IMG/VR virus record: IMGVR_UViG_3300025120_009955
Coordinates: 8,357-72,356 of that record
Source of the DNA: a virus
Strand: one strand, 5' to 3'
DNA length: 64,000 nt
Below, piece after piece: positions 61,907 to 64,000 of this stretch; position 1 is the stretch's first letter, and every line of letters begins with the position of its first letter. The position numbers and the translations under genes were made by a program. Below the pieces are notes generated by a model, which had not been told where the DNA came from, made no database searches, and saw nothing but the letters and a program-made list of their open reading frames with translations.

Positions 61907-62602
61907 ATGAATATTAAGAAACTTAGTTTAGTAGTAGCAGGTGCATTAGCAATACAAGGGTGTAGTATGTTTCAAGACACTGTAAAAAATGCAGAGCTAA
62001 CACCGGAGACAGATAGTATTAAGCCGAAACCAGTTAGTGTTGTGTTTCACAGACCAGACACTATGATGGAATTAGAGTTTGATGATAATGGATCATTTGT
62101 TGCTATTAAGTCTACAGGTACAGCACCAATACACGGTAATAATGCTCCTTCAATTGAAGAAGCCGCTAAAGTTGCTACGAATAGAAGTTATTCAGGTATG
62201 GCTGTGTTTATTAAACAGGATGTTACATCAACAAGATCTACTAAGGTATTATCTACAGCAGTTCAAAAGAGCTTAGAAGATACTACTAATGGTATGAGTC
62301 AGCAAGATTTTTCAAGAACACTTGATGACAGAGACTTTGATGCAGATGGTAATCCATTGATTAATAGTGATTCAGATGCAGATGTAACAACTATTCCATA
62401 TGGTAATCCGAATACTAATTCACAAAAGATTGCTGAAATTAATCGTGAAAACATATCAATTATTAGTCAATCATTCTTAAAAGGTGTTGCTTGTAATGGT
62501 GGTGAGATTGATCACGAAGCAAGAACTATTATAGTAACTTGTGAAACTGGTGTTAAAAACATTCAAGCCGCAGAAAGATTAGCGGAAATGACGGGGAACT
62601 AA
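61907..62602 (+). CDS. putative lipoprotein (LPP20-like)
   Basis: IQGC lipobox; I.STG.A...A...A pattern. Confidence 0.6.
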   Translation: MNIKKLSLVVAGALAIQGCSMFQDTVKNAELTPETDSIKPKPVSVVFHRPDTMMELEFDDNGSFVAIKSTGTAPIHGNNAPSIEEAAKVATNRSYSGMAVFIKQDVTSTRSTKVLSTAVQKSLEDTTNGMSQQDFSRTLDDRDFDADGNPLINSDSDADVTTIPYGNPNTNSQKIAEINRENISIISQSFLKGVACNGGEIDHEARTIIVTCETGVKNIQAAERLAEMTGN

Positions 62603-62730
62603 TATGAAATCATTTATCTTAGGAGTTATCGTAGGTGTGGCATTTGCTACTGTTGGTATCGACGGTATGTCGAATATGTTAAACAAAGGGGTAAACTATG
62701 TACAAGAAACTAGTCAAAGTTGGGCAAAAG

Positions 62731-62883
62731 ATGTTGAGTAATCCAGCAACAATGTTAATTGGACTGTTAATTGCATTAACTTTCTGTTTACAAGGCTGTG
62801 GTACTATTGCAGGTGCAGGACAGGATATTCAAGACGGTGCAGAATATGTTAAGGAAAAAATGAGCGATAATGATGAAGATTAA
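62731..62883 (+). CDS. entericidin EcnA/B-like lipoprotein
   Basis: LQGCGTIAGAGQDIQ. Confidence 0.7.
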   Translation: MLSNPATMLIGLLIALTFCLQGCGTIAGAGQDIQDGAEYVKEKMSDNDED

Positions 62884-63997
62884 GTCTTGGCTAGCCCTAG
62901 GCTTATTCTCATTGAGTACACCTCTTCAAGCAGATCTTATTAAGACAGCTGGAGGAAATCATAATCCTAATTTTACAATTGCAGTTACCTGTGAAGGTTC
63001 TACAGTTGAAAATGCCAAGAAGGAATGCCTGCAGATAGCAATTGAACGTGCAGTAGGAACTTTGATAGTTACTGATATTGAGTCAAGCGATGACAGACTC
63101 ACTAGTGAAAATATAGTTAGATATTCAGCAGGATATATAAATGACTATAAGATCACTAAGCACTATCAAAATGAAGTAGGTTGGTGGAATTTAGAAATGG
63201 ATGTAGAAGTAGCCAGTAGTAAGATAGGTAAGCGGAATACATCACGTGGGAAAGACACTAACTTAATTCGAGGAGATGTTGAATCTACTGTTTTACAAAG
63301 TAAACTAGATCAAAGGCAATCAGGTGATGATCTAATAGCTAGATTGTTAATGAGTTATCCACAATCAGCATACACACTTAATTCAGGTCAAACAGAGTTT
63401 TCAATTGGCAATTCAAGGCGAAGTTATATTGATATTCCTTATAAGATAGTTATGAGTGAAGATTGGGTTGCGGCCTTAGATGAAGCGTTCAAATTGGTAT
63501 CAGTGGACAGTAATAAATGTAATAACTTTACTAAAGCAGTATTTAATGATAGCGATTTTAAATCGCAAACAGGGCAAGGAGTCCAGAAGATTGTTGGCAA
63601 GATATGTGGCAGTGAACCAGATGTTACTGTTGCAAGTAGAGGTATGTTTAGCAATACTCGATCATATTATTTTGCTGATTCACAGACATTACAAATGATT
63701 AATTCACAGATAAGAACAAACGGAAGGCAACACATAGCACTCCAAGTGGACCTATTGGACCATAGTGGTAATATTATTGATCAAAGATGCACCCCGATTG
63801 ATAATAAAAATATGATAAGTTATGAACGTCCACGTGGTACATATAATGTCAGAGACAAGTACACATCAGGTCGTCCAACTTTCCATAGTGGTAATGATGC
63901 GTATGGTACAGTAAGAATAAATTTACACAAGCCTGTGAAAAAGTGGTATGGAGATCTTGCTAAGGTTTCTTTAAGTATACAAAAAAGTTGTTATTAA
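62870..63997 (+). CDS. secreted hypothetical protein
   Basis: signal peptide; G.T...AK...L..AIERAVG N-terminal domain. Confidence 0.6.
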   Translation: MMKIKSWLALGLFSLSTPLQADLIKTAGGNHNPNFTIAVTCEGSTVENAKKECLQIAIERAVGTLIVTDIESSDDRLTSENIVRYSAGYINDYKITKHYQNEVGWWNLEMDVEVASSKIGKRNTSRGKDTNLIRGDVESTVLQSKLDQRQSGDDLIARLLMSYPQSAYTLNSGQTEFSIGNSRRSYIDIPYKIVMSEDWVAALDEAFKLVSVDSNKCNNFTKAVFNDSDFKSQTGQGVQKIVGKICGSEPDVTVASRGMFSNTRSYYFADSQTLQMINSQIRTNGRQHIALQVDLLDHSGNIIDQRCTPIDNKNMISYERPRGTYNVRDKYTSGRPTFHSGNDAYGTVRINLHKPVKKWYGDLAKVSLSIQKSCY

Positions 63998-64000
63998 AAA

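Overview
AT-rich, densely coded segment of a large T4-like/jumbo myophage genome. Phage evidence: nrdAB/glutaredoxin, ATP-dependent DNA ligase, SleB-type hydrolase, tail-fibre-like proteins, TATAAATA late promoters, near-consensus sigma70 early promoters and many short unknown ORFs. The host is probably a Methylophilaceae methylotroph (OM43/Methylopumilus-like), inferred from the XoxF and PqqA sequences. The main signal is a phage-borne C1-oxidation toolkit: lanthanide-type methanol dehydrogenase xoxF, formate dehydrogenase alpha subunit, a pqqA precursor peptide missed by the ORF track, and a quinoprotein-associated SoxYZ-like carrier. The window also holds a curli-like operon (csgF, csgG, two curlin-repeat proteins, FecR) and a CHASE2 adenylate cyclase. 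It has three amidinotransferases in two biosynthetic-looking clusters, one with a tRNA-dependent ATE/Bpt-like transferase. A proteostasis set (dnaK, hsp20, groES/EL, clpS, clpP, def) has ROSE-like two-hairpin elements on the chaperone genes. RNA features are a permuted two-piece tmRNA with a 30-aa tag, a glutamine-type riboswitch and three tRNAs including a rare tRNA-Ser(ACT). Host-takeover genes include RNAP omega-like and TraR/DksA-like factors and bS21. GCWGC and RCATG appear to be avoided throughout. All calls come from reading the sequence; no searches were run.
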